A stretch of DNA of 63,535 nucleotides, filler included, from Octopus bimaculoides (GCF_001194135.2; 8 parts of 7 records of this genome joined end to end with filler, not necessarily neighbours in it), one strand, 5' to 3'. Counted from the first letter of the whole stretch, positions 39,787 through 51,888 are shown. The notes: a model not told the origin generated them from the sequence alone. Numbers and translations: made by a program.

Positions 39787-39832
<46 letters not shown>

Positions 39833-40020
39833 CATACACATACACCTATATGCATATACAAATGAACCTGCTTATGTATAATAGTATGTATATATATATA
39901 TATACATATATACATACATATATACATACATATATATGTGTGTGTGTGTGCATATATAGATATATATATATATGTAATTTGTATATATATGTATATATAT
40001 AGGTGTGTATGTGTATATGG

Positions 40021-40056
<36 letters not shown>

Positions 40057-40128
40057 GCATCATGTTAACAAACATTTGCAAATGTATACAGAAATTGACA
40101 ACGTCTTACGTAAATTAACAACATGGCC

Positions 40129-40330
40129 AGTCACGTGACTAGGCGTGACAAGAAGTGCCCAATGATTTAAAGTAGCCTGCCAGCCCCTTATTTATTCAAG
40201 AAATATTCGCCTACATTTTGAAAAAGAAAGAAAATTCCATTTTCTTTTTCTTTATATCAACTGCGTCGTCATGGTAACGAGTCTGCCAGGAAACCTCTAC
40301 GATCGACGCCAGTCATTCTAGAAATTCCAG
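40129..40330. promoter_or_regulatory. Promoter/enhancer-like motif cluster
   Basis: Perfect palindromic E-box agtcacgtgact (40129-40140), RFX X-box-like gtcgtcatggtaac (~40266-40279) and ttctagaa in a CpG-richer unique segment. Confidence 0.35.
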
Positions 40331-40917
40331 CCAAACCTTCCTCAATTTAACTCACATGCAGAAAACCAGTGGGCAAATGCTTATGGCCCTGTATATATTA
40401 TTTCAACCAATGCTTAGTGCATTTACTCCGATATTTTTCTCGATCGGGCGATCTACTAGCGCAAGTCAGTTATAATGGGAGGCAAGGTTCTCGAAATCGG
40501 TTGAATATCGCCTTCTCCCATTAATTTTTTGTTCTTCGTGTTGTTTAAGGTTCCAGCAGACGAGGAAAGAAGTCTTGGGCAAAACGCAGGTTCTCAAACA
40601 GTTTTATTTACTCTATACGCAAGGGTGAAAGTGCGTTGCTCTCTTTAGCCATCTCGTGTGGTGTGAGTTCGTCGTTCTTCGTTACGCGGGCCATTGAGTA
40701 ATAGTTTTTGTGATATTTCTGCTGCTTTTTAATAAAACAATATTACTTTACCTCTGGTATTCGAGTACTATTTTTGAACCTTGTTTTCGCATTTATGTGC
40801 TTACTCTGGTATATATANNNNNNNNNNNNNNNNNNNNNNNNNNNNNNNNNNNNNNNNNNNNNNNNNNNNNNNNNNNNNNNNNNNNNNNNNNNNNNNNNNN
40901 NNNNNNNNNNNNNNNNN

Positions 40918-40950
<33 letters not shown>

Positions 40951-41043
40951 TCTTTTATTCTTTTATTCCTTTATACGTTTCAGCCTTGAGGCTGCAGCCA
41001 TGTTGGGGCACTTCCAGTATAATCACCTTTTGATTGGCCCATT

Positions 41044-41615
41044 CTATGGGTTTGGCTTTTGGTGATGGATGGAGTTCGATATCGCTGCCCTCTTTTGAGT
41101 TTCCTGCCTTGATATTGGTTCATCTGGGATCTTGGATAATAAGAGGTCAAGCTGTTTCTTGAAGGCATCTACTCCCACTCCATGGAGGACCCTCAGATGT
41201 TTTGGCAAGGAGTTAAATAGCTGTGGACCCTTGAATCCCAAGCTATTTCAATACATGGTCCTCGCCCTAGATGATACAGCTGGGACTTTTGGAAAAACTG
41301 TAGTGACGTCCGTTTCGAGGTCTGGCACAACTCTCAATTCCAAAGTTTGGTGCCAGCCCCTCCAGTATTTTCCGCACATATATCACTGCGTACCTCTTTC
41401 GTTTTCGTTCCAGGGAGTAGAGTCGGAGTCCTTTCAATCTCTTCCTGTAGCTCAGCCATTCCATTGATGCAATCTTCCTCGTGTAGTATCTCTGAACCGT
41501 CTCAAGTTCTGCTATTTATCCTACAGTGTAAAGTGACCACAGTTGAAAGCAGTAGTACAGACAGCTGAGGGCAAATGTCTTCCCTAGGACCAGTATAGTT
41601 TCCTGGTCCCTTGTT
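41044..41615 (-). pseudogene. CR1-type LINE ORF2 C-terminus
   Basis: LETVQRYYTRKI, LSYRKRLKGLRLYSLERKRKRY, GPQLFNSLPKHLR, FKKQLDLLLSKIPDEP; contains stops and frameshifts. Confidence 0.9.
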
Positions 41616-41678
41616 CTATATATTATGTCGGCGAGTTTGCTAATTAATTCGCCGTCTTTGTATAGAATTTATATACGT

Positions 41679-42132
41679 AGGAGTGGCAGTGTGGTAAGTA
41701 GCTTGCTTACCAACCACATGGTCCCGGGTTCAGTCCCTCCGTGTGGCATCTTGGGCAAGTGTCTTCTACTATAGCCTCGGGCCGACCAAAGCCTTGTGAG
41801 TGAATTTGGTAGACGGAAACTGAAAGAAGCCCGTCGTATATATGTATATATGTANNNNNNNNNNGTGAATTTGGTAGACGGAAACTGAAAGAAGCCCGTC
41901 GTATATATGTATATATGTATGTATGTGTGTATGTGTGTCTGTGTTTGTCCCCCCAACATCGCTTGACAACCGATGCTGGTGTGTTTATGTCCCCGTAACT
42001 TAGCGGTTCGGCAAAAGAGACCGATAGAATAAGTACTCGGCTTCTATAGAATAAGTCCTGGGGTCGATTTGCTCGACTAAAGGCGGTGCTCCAGCATGGC
42101 CACAGTCAAAAGACTGAAACAAGTAAAAGAGT
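41679..42132 (+). mobile_element. SINE family A, full length (tRNA head, CORE-like segment, microsatellite, 3' module)
   Basis: gtggcagtgtggtaag (A box), gggttcagtccc (B box), gtggcatcttgggcaagtgtctt resembling the CORE-SINE motif; duplication across a 10-N gap. Confidence 0.92.
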
Positions 42133-42474
42133 ACGCTTTCATTATGTACAAACACGTGTGTGCGCTTCGGGGTTTGTACATCTGTACTACATGCGTGAGT
42201 TCCTGTGCGTGTATATGTGTGTGTGTGAGAGAGAGAGAGAGTTAGAGAGAGAGAGAGAGAAAGAGAGAGTGTGTGTGTGTATGTACGTGTTAAAATGCTC
42301 ATTTGCTAACAAATAAAATAGTTTGTATAAACAATGCAAAACATCAAGGAATATAACTCTTAATAGAGTAAGTCAAAGTTATTTCCCTTGAAAATAATTC
42401 AGCAACGGCTATTATTATACGTCAAAGGGAAATGTTGCACAGTTTTTGAATAAACATAATTAAAAGCTGCCACA

Positions 42475-43005
42475 TCTTTTATCTTTTACTTGTTTGAGTC
42501 ATTAGACTGCGGCCATGCTGGGGCACTGCCTTGAGGAATTTTTAGTAGAATGAATTGACCCCTGTACTTATTTCTTTTAAAGTCTGGTACTAATTCTGTC
42601 ACTTTTACCGAAACGCTAGTTTACGAGAGACGTAAACACTGGTGAAGCAGCTGTGGGGACACACATACACACACACACACACAAAAAGACACACACACAA
42701 AGATACACACACAAAGACACATACACAAAGACACATACACAAAGACACACACACACACACACACACANNNNNNNNNNNNNNNNNNNNNNNNNNNNNNNNN
42801 NNNNNNNNNNNNNNNNNNNNNNNNNNNNNNNNNNNNNNNNNNNNNNNNNNNNNNNNNNNNNNNNNNNNNNNNNNNNNNNNNNNNNNNNNNNNNNNNNNNN
42901 NNNNNNNNNNNNNNNNNNNNNNNNNNNNNNNNNNNNNNNNNNNNNNNNNNNNNNNNNNNNNNNNNNNNNNNNNNNNNTTCCGTCTACCAAATCTACTCAC
43001 AAGGC
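42475..43005 (-). mobile_element. SINE family A spanning a gap
   Basis: 3' half at 42475-42660; ttccgtctaccaaatctactcacaaggctt at 42978-43007. Confidence 0.8.
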
Positions 43006-43105
43006 TTGTGACGATGGGGATGTATCTTTTGATATGTGTGCTTGTGAATCTCTTATATATCTTTGTGTGTATATATATATGTGTATATATAATGCAACAC
43101 AGAAT

Positions 43106-43156
43106 TTTGTCAGTGAACAGGTCGCGGTCTCAAAGCGACGAAAATATTTTGGCAAA
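43106..43156 (+). ncRNA. Type I minimal hammerhead ribozyme fold with G3:C8 variant core
   Basis: tttgtca-GTGAACA-g-gtcgc-ggtctcaaa-gcgac-GAAA-ata-TTT-tggcaaa: 7-bp stem I, 5-bp stem II, palindromic AATATT stem III. Confidence 0.65.
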
Positions 43157-43737
43157 TTAAATTTAAATGTTGAAGTGAATCTACCGGTTTTTGCTCATTT
43201 TAAACGGCTTATAAACACCTTCCACGCTGCAATTTTTTTCGTTCCAGCACACGATCTCAAATCAGGTCACTTGCTATGCAAGTATATCTCCGTAATATAT
43301 ATATATATATTTCAATGATGAGTAAATAATTCAAGAGTGAATATTGGCGACGATATTATTAACTCTATTATTATCTAGGGTAATATAAGTAAAATGATAA
43401 TAAGAAATTTAATGATATAGGCGACTGCAGCCGCCCCGCAAAAAAAAGCATTAAATAGCTGAAGGATTAAAACTTATATTAATCAAAGGACATTCTGAGT
43501 ATGTCTACCTGCTGGAAATAACAGTCAAAATTCTTATTCAAACTGCCCCAAAAATAACATTGATAATAACTACAGTAATCAACCTTCACGAGTATACGGG
43601 TCAAGAAAATCATTCGACATACCTATATAGCATCCACCTATATATTTTCTAGTATTTGGACTCACGTGGACCGGCTTAGATAAGAGTTTTTAATGTTATT
43701 TCCAGCAGACAGACATAGTCAGTATGTTCTTTGATTA

Positions 43738-43843
<106 letters not shown>

Positions 43844-45474
43844 AAGATTCAGATAAGAAACTTGTAGAATGCTATGCAAAGCTGGTCCACAGTTATTGGT
43901 TAATTGATGTCATCATACTGTGGAAATGGTTTTGTTACTGGATGCACATCAAGAATTCCATACTCTCTGTAGAGTTTATATTAATAAATAAATGATGACA
44001 GAAAATGGAACGAACGGCATCCTTCATTTAAAATCGTAATTGTTTCGGCATATTTTTACACCTTTAGTATATTGGTAAGATATTGTGCAATCATTATCAT
44101 CCATCGAAAGTGCAAAATACGCATGATCACACTGCGTGAAATGACGAGAGAATTTAACGAAAGACTTATTTTAAAAAAATCACCTGAGGAGGTGCATTTT
44201 ACACTTTGGATGTTTGGCAATGATTGTGTTAAAACACGACGAAACAATTGTAACGCTTTTGAATAAAGAAATTCATTCATTCCATTTTCCATTATGCATG
44301 TATGTGTGTATGTATGTATGTATGTATGTATGTACGTACGTATGTGTGTTTGTGCGTGCGTGCGAGCGTGTGTGCGTGTGTATACGTGTATGTGTATGCA
44401 CACATGTACACACATATAATTGCGTGCGTGCACACATGCATCTGTATATTCATGTATTTATCTATATATTATGTATATCTATGCATGTGTATCCACGACC
44501 TCTGTATATATTTATCAGGTTCTTTCAAGAATAAATTGCTAATGAGCGAAAATATGTTTTAAAGATATCAGAGAGATTAAAATTTCATATCATTTTATAT
44601 ATGATATCGCTCAGAATTTAAACAATGCTATTCAATACTTCAAACTCGAATTACATACTTAAAAGATGACATTTTAAATTTGAGTTTTAATTATCTTTAA
44701 ATAAAGAAAAATATTATGACAGAAATTTGAACTAACATTCGTTATATTGCCATTGGAAACGGCGTTAATTTTGTTGATAACTGTGAAAATATTAGCGCTA
44801 GATGTCAGGACAGGTTTTGCCGTTAATGTTGGCTTTGCGTACGTTTCTAATATTTTATTAAGAAACTAAATATATGTATTGTTTAATGCTTAATAAAATG
44901 GTTTATAGTTGCATTGATTAGCAGTTTGCCATGGAAGCAAAATGCGCGAACCAATAAATTATCAATCGTTAATTGTTTTTTTATTATTTTTTTTTTTTCT
45001 CGCGTTATTTTTTTGTTCTAAACAAAGATACAAAATTTAATTGTTTGTTGTTTAATAAGCGAACAGTTTTGCTTTAATCACTTGATATCGAATAACATTC
45101 ATGATCACGCGCGCGCACGCGCACACACAGACGTATACACACGCACTCGCATGCTCGTACATACACGCACATACATGCGCATACATGCACAGACATGCCT
45201 ACACACACACACACACACACACACACAAGCAAACATACAGAAACACACACACACAAACACTCACACACACACACAGGTACATACACATATACACGATACT
45301 TAAGAATTTCGATTACATATATATATATTCATATACATACATTCACATACTCATACACATGCATGTATATATACACACATACAACATATATGCATGTATG
45401 TTTGTATGTATGTATGCATATATGTATATATGTATGTATGTATGTACATATATATATATATATGTATGCATGTA

Positions 45475-45536
<62 letters not shown>

Positions 45537-46439
45537 AACCGAAAGAAATGAATATGCAGTTATTTTAGATGTTAATAGTTATTTCAAGCTTAATAACATC
45601 TAACGAAAATCCTGTGATGCGTCATAACAGCATTTTAAATAATAATTACAATTATAATAATAATAATAATAATAATAATAATTACAATAATAATAATAAT
45701 AATGATTGTTGTTTGTTGCGAACGGCCAGGTTTCATGTTACACTACATAGAAGATGCTTTTCGTCTTGTATTACAATTGGAAGAAGAAGTTTATTTTCTT
45801 GGTTTGTTTGCCTTTTTTTTTCTTAGGGGCCATATTTTATTACCAGCAAAATTCATAATGTTTAAGTGTCTTCCTCATTACCTGGAGTGCGGTCAAGGTT
45901 TGTCAGTAGAGCTTTGTGTTTTCTTTTTTCTTTAAGTGTTTCCACATTTTCACAAACAGCCATTTGCAATAGTTACGTACATTGCAAGATGGTTGCCTTA
46001 GAAGAAAGTAGCAGGAAGAGATGCCCGCTACAGTGGTGGTAGCATTAATGTAAATAAACGCGCCTAGATTGTTAATCAAATATACAAACAGAACTACGAG
46101 TTTAGATACTCAGGCAAATACAATAGGAAACACACGCGTGTGAACACAAACTCACAGACAGACTCTGTCTGTCTGTCTCTCTGTCTCACTCTCTCTCTAA
46201 CACACATAGAGTGTTGGGGGCAATAAATGAAAAGCAGAAAGCAAAAAATATATCGATAGCACCCATTTTGCCAGGATTATGAAACAAACGGGCCACATCG
46301 ACTTAAACTAGTTTAAGACAAAAGAAAATAAATGGGCAAGGTGCGTTACAAAGGTAGGTACCTCCTTGCCGAAGAAATTATCCTGGAAAGGGCGAGAAGG
46401 AAAGTGATGCTCCTCTGCTTTCATAGCAGCCCAAAGAAC

Positions 46440-47390
46440 GTGTTAGTGGTAGTGGTGGTGGTGGTGGTAGTGTTGGTGGTAGTTATCTGGTAATCTTAAT
46501 GCTGGTCGTGGTTTGAGAGTATAGCGTGGTCTTGGTGGGTATATTCACTGTCGTAGTAGTGGTGGTGGAGGCAGCAGTGAGGAGGAGGAGGAGGNNNNNN
46601 NNNNNNNNNNNNNNNNNNNNNNNNNNNNNNNNNNNNNNNNNNNNNNNNNNNNNNNNNNNNNNNNNNNNNNNNNNNNNNNNNNNNNNNNNNNNNNNNNNNN
46701 NNNNNNNNNNNNNNNNNNNNNNNNNNNNNNNNNNNNNNNNNNNNNNNNNNNNNNNNNNNNNNNNNNNNNNNNNNNNNNNNNNNNNNNNNNNNNNNNNNNN
46801 NNNNNNNNNNNNNNNNNNNNNNNNNNNNNNNNNNNNNNNNNNNNNNNNNNNNNNNNNNNNNNNNNNNNNNNNNNNNNNNNNNNNNNNNNNNNNNNNNNNN
46901 NNNNNNNNNNNNNNNNNNNNNNNNNNNNNNNNNNNNNNNNNNNNNNNNNNNNNNNNNNNNNNNNATGGAGATGGTGGTGGTGGTGTGGATAGCGGTAGTG
47001 GTGGTGGTGATGATCGGTGTGGCGGCGGCGGTGGTGGTCGTGATGGTGGTGGTGGTCATGTTGTTGTTGTTGTTGGTGCTGGTGGTAGTCATGTTGCTGT
47101 TGTTGTTGGCGGTAGCGTTTGGCGGCGAAACGGAACCGTCAGTAAATATGTTGGGTGGCTGTTGTAGTTGTAGCTATAGTAACCGTAATAATCCTAGCAT
47201 CGAAATAGTTCGGACTAGTCCTGTTCGTAATTGTTGCGTGTACAATAATGGTTGTGGCATTAGTGGCGCTGGTGGTAGTGTTGTTTGTGGTGGTAGAAAT
47301 TGTTTAGGTAGAAGTTGTAGCGGTTATAATTCTCACCGACGTCGCTGCCGTCGTCGTCGTAGTCGTCGCAGTCATCGCTGCCATAATATA
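46440..47390. repeat. Degenerate (NGT/GGN) trinucleotide tract
   Basis: GGT/AGT/TGT/CGT repeats spanning a gap; frames are interrupted by stops. Confidence 0.85.
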
Positions 47391-47520
47391 AACTTTATCC
47401 TTCCGCCGAGGTCGACTTTGCCTTTCATCCTTTCGGGGTCGATAAATTAAGTACCAGTTGCGTACTGGTGTCGCTGTAATCGACTGGTCCCCCCACCCCA
47501 AATTTCGGGCCTTCTGCTTT
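47385..47520 (+). mobile_element. SINE family B, 3' part
   Basis: ccgccgaggtcgactttgcctttcatcctttcggggtcgataaattaagtacc. Confidence 0.88.
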
Positions 47521-47893
47521 GAGGAAAAAAAAAATATTAACTTAAAACATCGAATCTGAGGGACAGCATAACGTAAATTATTACACGAATTATTTCCCTT
47601 TGTACAATAAAGCAAAAGTTATCTCCCTTAAAAATATAAGCGATGAGAAATCGAAAACCTGTTCGTGACGTCCACTCATTGATTAAGATACGAAATTAAT
47701 GAAATATTAATTGTTTTGACTGGGTTTTTCTTAGTTTTATATGGCGATAATTTTGATGACATATACTATTTAAATTAAAGGACAGCAAAGGAATAAGGAA
47801 TGTGTGTAGTAGATTGCTACACAAACTCGCGTTTCCGTGTTCAATGCTCTAGTGCGTAATCTTGGCCGTGTTGCCACTATGTATGTATGTATG

Positions 47894-47924
<31 letters not shown>

Positions 47925-47959
47925 TACATAGATATGTACTTATATATATATATATATAT

Positions 47960-48120
47960 GCAAGCGTGGCTGTGTGGTAAGAAGCTTGCTTACCAACCAC
48001 ACGGTTCCGGGTTCAGTTCAACTGCGTGGCACTCGGGCAAGTGTCTTCTACTGTAGCTTTGGGTCGACCAAAGCCTTGTGAGAAGATTTGTTAGACGGAA
48101 ACTGAAAGAAGCCCGTTGTG
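47960..48120 (+). mobile_element. SINE family A, 5' half
   Basis: gcgtggctgtgtggtaag head through gaaagaagcccg; ends in (TG)n. Confidence 0.88.
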
Positions 48121-48137
48121 TGTGTGTGTGTGTGTGT

Positions 48138-48225
48138 GGCTGGAGGGTATATCAGCCGAAACGTTGTGTTAACAACAAAAAAGATGAGGACAAATATCCG
48201 TCAAATGTAAATAATGTAAATAATG
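48138..48225 (+). mobile_element. Truncated hammerhead-bearing repeat end
   Basis: ggctg-gagggtatat-cagcc-GAAAC-gtt (stem II plus GAAA); the CUGANGA strand is missing; tail aatgtaaataatgtaaataatgta. Confidence 0.5.
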
Positions 48226-48783
48226 TAGATATCCTGTATTTTTCATAGTACGACATACTAAACCTTTTTTGTCATTGTCTTGTGTCATTGTTTTTTGAAC
48301 CCCTCAGAAAGGGCTGCTCATCCTTCCTGCCACACCTGTGAATTACCTTTGTGACTATATTTTCCTTGTTTCCAGTTTTCTCTTAGAATGTATATATATT
48401 AATTATACATGCAAATACATAAATATATCAATGCATACACATACACACATACACACACACATACACACATACATACGTACGTACATACATTCATGCACGC
48501 AGACACTTACATACACACACGCGCGCGCACATACATGTGCACACACATAAAGGTCTTCCTTTTGAACATATAAATTAATAATATTAATTAAATGAACCCA
48601 TGTAAATACATCAATGTATCATTACATATAGATCTCTGTGTGAGTGTGTGTGTATCGGTGTGTGTGTGAGTGTGTGAGTATGTGTGTGTATATGCACATA
48701 TATGTATTTGTGTATTTATGTATGTATACACCTAAATATGATTATACATATATGTATCTCTACCTACCTACCTACCTACCTAC

Positions 48784-48818
<35 letters not shown>

Positions 48819-48849
48819 TCTATATACTTGAAATTTATAGAAAAACAAA

Positions 48850-48955
48850 ATACGAAGACAAGTGTATGAACAACAAGCAAGTGTATTTGTTTGACGTTCG
48901 GGAAAAATGAAAATGTCTTTTACGTTTCGAGCCTACGCCCTTCAACATAAAGGAT
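48850..48955 (-). mobile_element. Short repeat with hammerhead fold (U6 family)
   Basis: Minus strand cttt-ATGTTGA-a-gggc-gtag-gctc-GAAA-cGTA-aaag. Confidence 0.7.
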
Positions 48956-49239
48956 TAAGAGAAAATAAACTGAGAGAGAGAGAGAGGGGGAGGAGGAAGG
49001 GGGGGGAGAGAGGAAGAGAGACAGAGAATGAAAAAAAAAAAAAAACGTGTAGAGTTCTGCGTTCCAACATAGCGAAATCTTCGTAGTCTTTGGACTTGCA
49101 TTTCCCGAACTTTCAGCACCTCTCGTCGTCCACATACGAGCACTCCACTCGGATTACCACTGGATCTACTGAGTCTAGCTTCATGTATATATATATATAT
49201 TATAAACACGTACGCGTCTACAAACACACACACACAATG

Positions 49240-49280
<41 letters not shown>

Positions 49281-49740
49281 CTGATAGGGCACAGATAGTG
49301 TGTCAATAACCAGCTGGAGGAGATGTCTTCCTGGGACTACAAGCTACAGTATCATCGACCCTTAAGGGTTAGCCACATTTAGGTAGCAAATATACTGCTA
49401 CTGTTTATATCTCGCTCAGAGATTTATTATTGCTTGTTTCCACTTTTTCGAGATCAGTGACTTTTCGTCACTGGAAAAAAGTATATATATATTTGCATTG
49501 AGAATCACTTCCCATCACCAACCGTTGGTTGTCACACGCTGATGACGAGTCAATACCCAGAAATTCGGGTCCGTGTGTATCACGTCAGGCTGGAGATGAG
49601 AACGATGACTTCCCTTTGCAAATGCTGATACGTTCCAGATAGTGTTTCGATAGTCAGCTGGAGAAGATGTCTTCCTGGGGCTACAAGCTACAGTAGCATC
49701 AACCCTTAAGGGTTAGCCACATTTAGATGACAAATATACT
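49281..49740 (+). repeat. 344-nt-period direct repeat (116-bp copies at 49281-49396 and 49625-49740)
   Basis: Ungapped alignment, 15 mismatches in 116 nt by hand count (~87%). Confidence 0.92.
49533..49577 (+). ncRNA. Type I hammerhead ribozyme relic
   Basis: cacacg-CTGATGA-cgagt-caat-accca-GAAA-ttcgg-GTC-cgtgtg: intact core and cleavage triplet, 6-bp stem I, stem II with two mismatches. Confidence 0.75.
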
Positions 49741-49994
49741 TCACGATATATATATATATAAATATATATNNNNNNNNNNATATATAGGTGCATATATCTG
49801 GGTACAGAACATTGCAAACAAAACGTAGACAAAAAAATAATAATAACCAGAGTACAGAACACACACAAGCCACATAGAGAACCTTTTCCTTCATCAGCTA
49901 CACCCATTCTAACACAGGCGTTTCGAAGAGTAGGGCAATGTGTAAGAATTTATTCCGTTGTCGTTATTCATTGCTTAGTTTAAGGAGGAAAATC

Positions 49995-50520
49995 TCTGCC
50001 TCCCCCTCATTATCTGTTTTATCTCTTCCCTCACCCCTCCTCTCCTTCCTTCTCTCTCCCTCTCTCTTTTATTGTATCTAATGTTGTCACTTTCTCAGCC
50101 TTACGCTTTCTATTATTCTCACTACCTGTCTGTCTCTTAGTCACTCTCTTTAGCATGCCTTTACTTGCTTACCCTCCCATTTCCTCCTCTATCTAATACA
50201 CACTTCCTCTCACTATATTTCACGTTCTCTCTCATAACACCCCCTCACTCTCACTATCTATTCTTTCTGTCTCTCCCTTTCTTATGCGCATACACATAAA
50301 CTTACAAACATACTTCTCTCCCCCTCCTCCTTCATATTTACGAAGATGTCCTTTACATCTTTCTACATAGAGAGAGGAAGAGAGGGAGATAGCAGAAGGT
50401 TGTGACGAAGGAGGAGTTTGAGAAAATGGGTGGGTTGGTGTGAGAGGTGGAGTGAATTATGAATTACTTATGGAAGGAGGTTTTTATCGGGAGGACGGGC
50501 TGACAAGGTAGTGTGAACTA
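49995..50520. repeat. Pyrimidine-rich then purine-rich low-complexity tract
   Basis: CT-rich to ~50335, then GA/G-rich. Confidence 0.75.
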
Positions 50521-51162
50521 ATCAATGGTTTTGCTGTTTAAAAAAAAGGTCATGCATAAACAACAAATTATTTTAATTCTATCTTTCTATCTATCTATCT
50601 ATCTATCTGTTCATGCAAACGTATATACGTGCATACAGACAACATACATAAACACATACGCAAATGTACGCATATATATATATATATATNNNNNNNNNNN
50701 NNNNNNNNNNNNNNNNNNNNNNNNNNNNNNNNNNNNNNNNNNNNNNNNNNNNNNNNNNNNNNNNNNNNNNNNNNNNNNNNNNNNNNNNNNNNNNNNNNNN
50801 NNNNNNNNNNNNNNNNNNNNNNNNNNNNNNNNNNNNNNNNNNNNNNNNNNNNNNNNNNNNNNNNNNNNNNNNNNNNNNNNNNNNNNNNNNNNNNNNNNNN
50901 NNNNNNNNNNNNNNNNNNNNNNNNNNNNNNNNNNNNNNNNNNNNNNNNNNNNNNNNNNNNNNNNNNNNNNNNNNNNNNNNNNNNNNNNNNNNNNNNNNNN
51001 NNNNNNNNNNNNNNNNNNNNNNNNNNNNNNNNNNNNNNNNNNNNNNNNNNNNNNNNNNNNNNNNNNNNNNNNNNNNNNNNNNNNNNNNNNNNNNNNNNNN
51101 NNNNNNNNNNNNNNNNNNNNNNNNNNNNNNNNNNNNNNNNNNNNNNNNNNNNNNNNNNNNNN

Positions 51163-51223
<61 letters not shown>

Positions 51224-51839
51224 AATACATACATACATAAGTACGTGCATTTATGTATACAATACTGACAAATGAATATACGTGAGTTAAAAAGAATGCA
51301 AATAAAATATATACAAAAAAACAACAAAAAACAAACAAAAAGTAATATAGAAATACAAAAAACAAAGCATAAAGGTGTCACGACCAAACGTGTCATACCA
51401 GAATAGAAATTTTATATATACTGAGAGATGATACAACTCTCTCTCTCTCTCTCTGTTTCTCCTTCAGTTCCCACTCTCTTTTCTCGCATGCATAAGCACG
51501 AACGCACGCACACACATGTACAAATATATGCGCATGCGCACACTTATGCATGCATACATACATACTTACACACGCTCGTACGGATACATATAAACACTGA
51601 CATACCCGCAAATATGAGTGTATGTATGTATGATATAATTTAATTGGGCTCCACTCTGTAAAACAAGAATCCTTTTCTAACTGAGAGACAGAAATCTTTT
51701 GTGTTTTCGGTGCTGGCTTATTTAATAATGGATTCCAGTAAATAAATGTTGAAAATTACGTATGTGTGTGTGTATTGTGTATGTTGTATGCATGTGTGTA
51801 TGTAAGCATCTATGTAAGAACGTATATATATATACATAT

Positions 51840-51888
<49 letters not shown>

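Noticed and set aside
46302-46317. Perfect 16-bp palindrome cttaaactagtttaag
   Set aside because: Isolated and AT-rich, with no partner feature.
46496-47450. Thr-rich mucin-like or Gly/Cys-rich ORFs
   Set aside because: A degenerate trinucleotide tract with stops and frame changes, and no splice or start context.
49885-49935. Type II hammerhead on the minus strand (GAAAC...CTGATGA)
   Set aside because: Both core strands are present, but stems I and II do not pair convincingly; treated as a repeat remnant.
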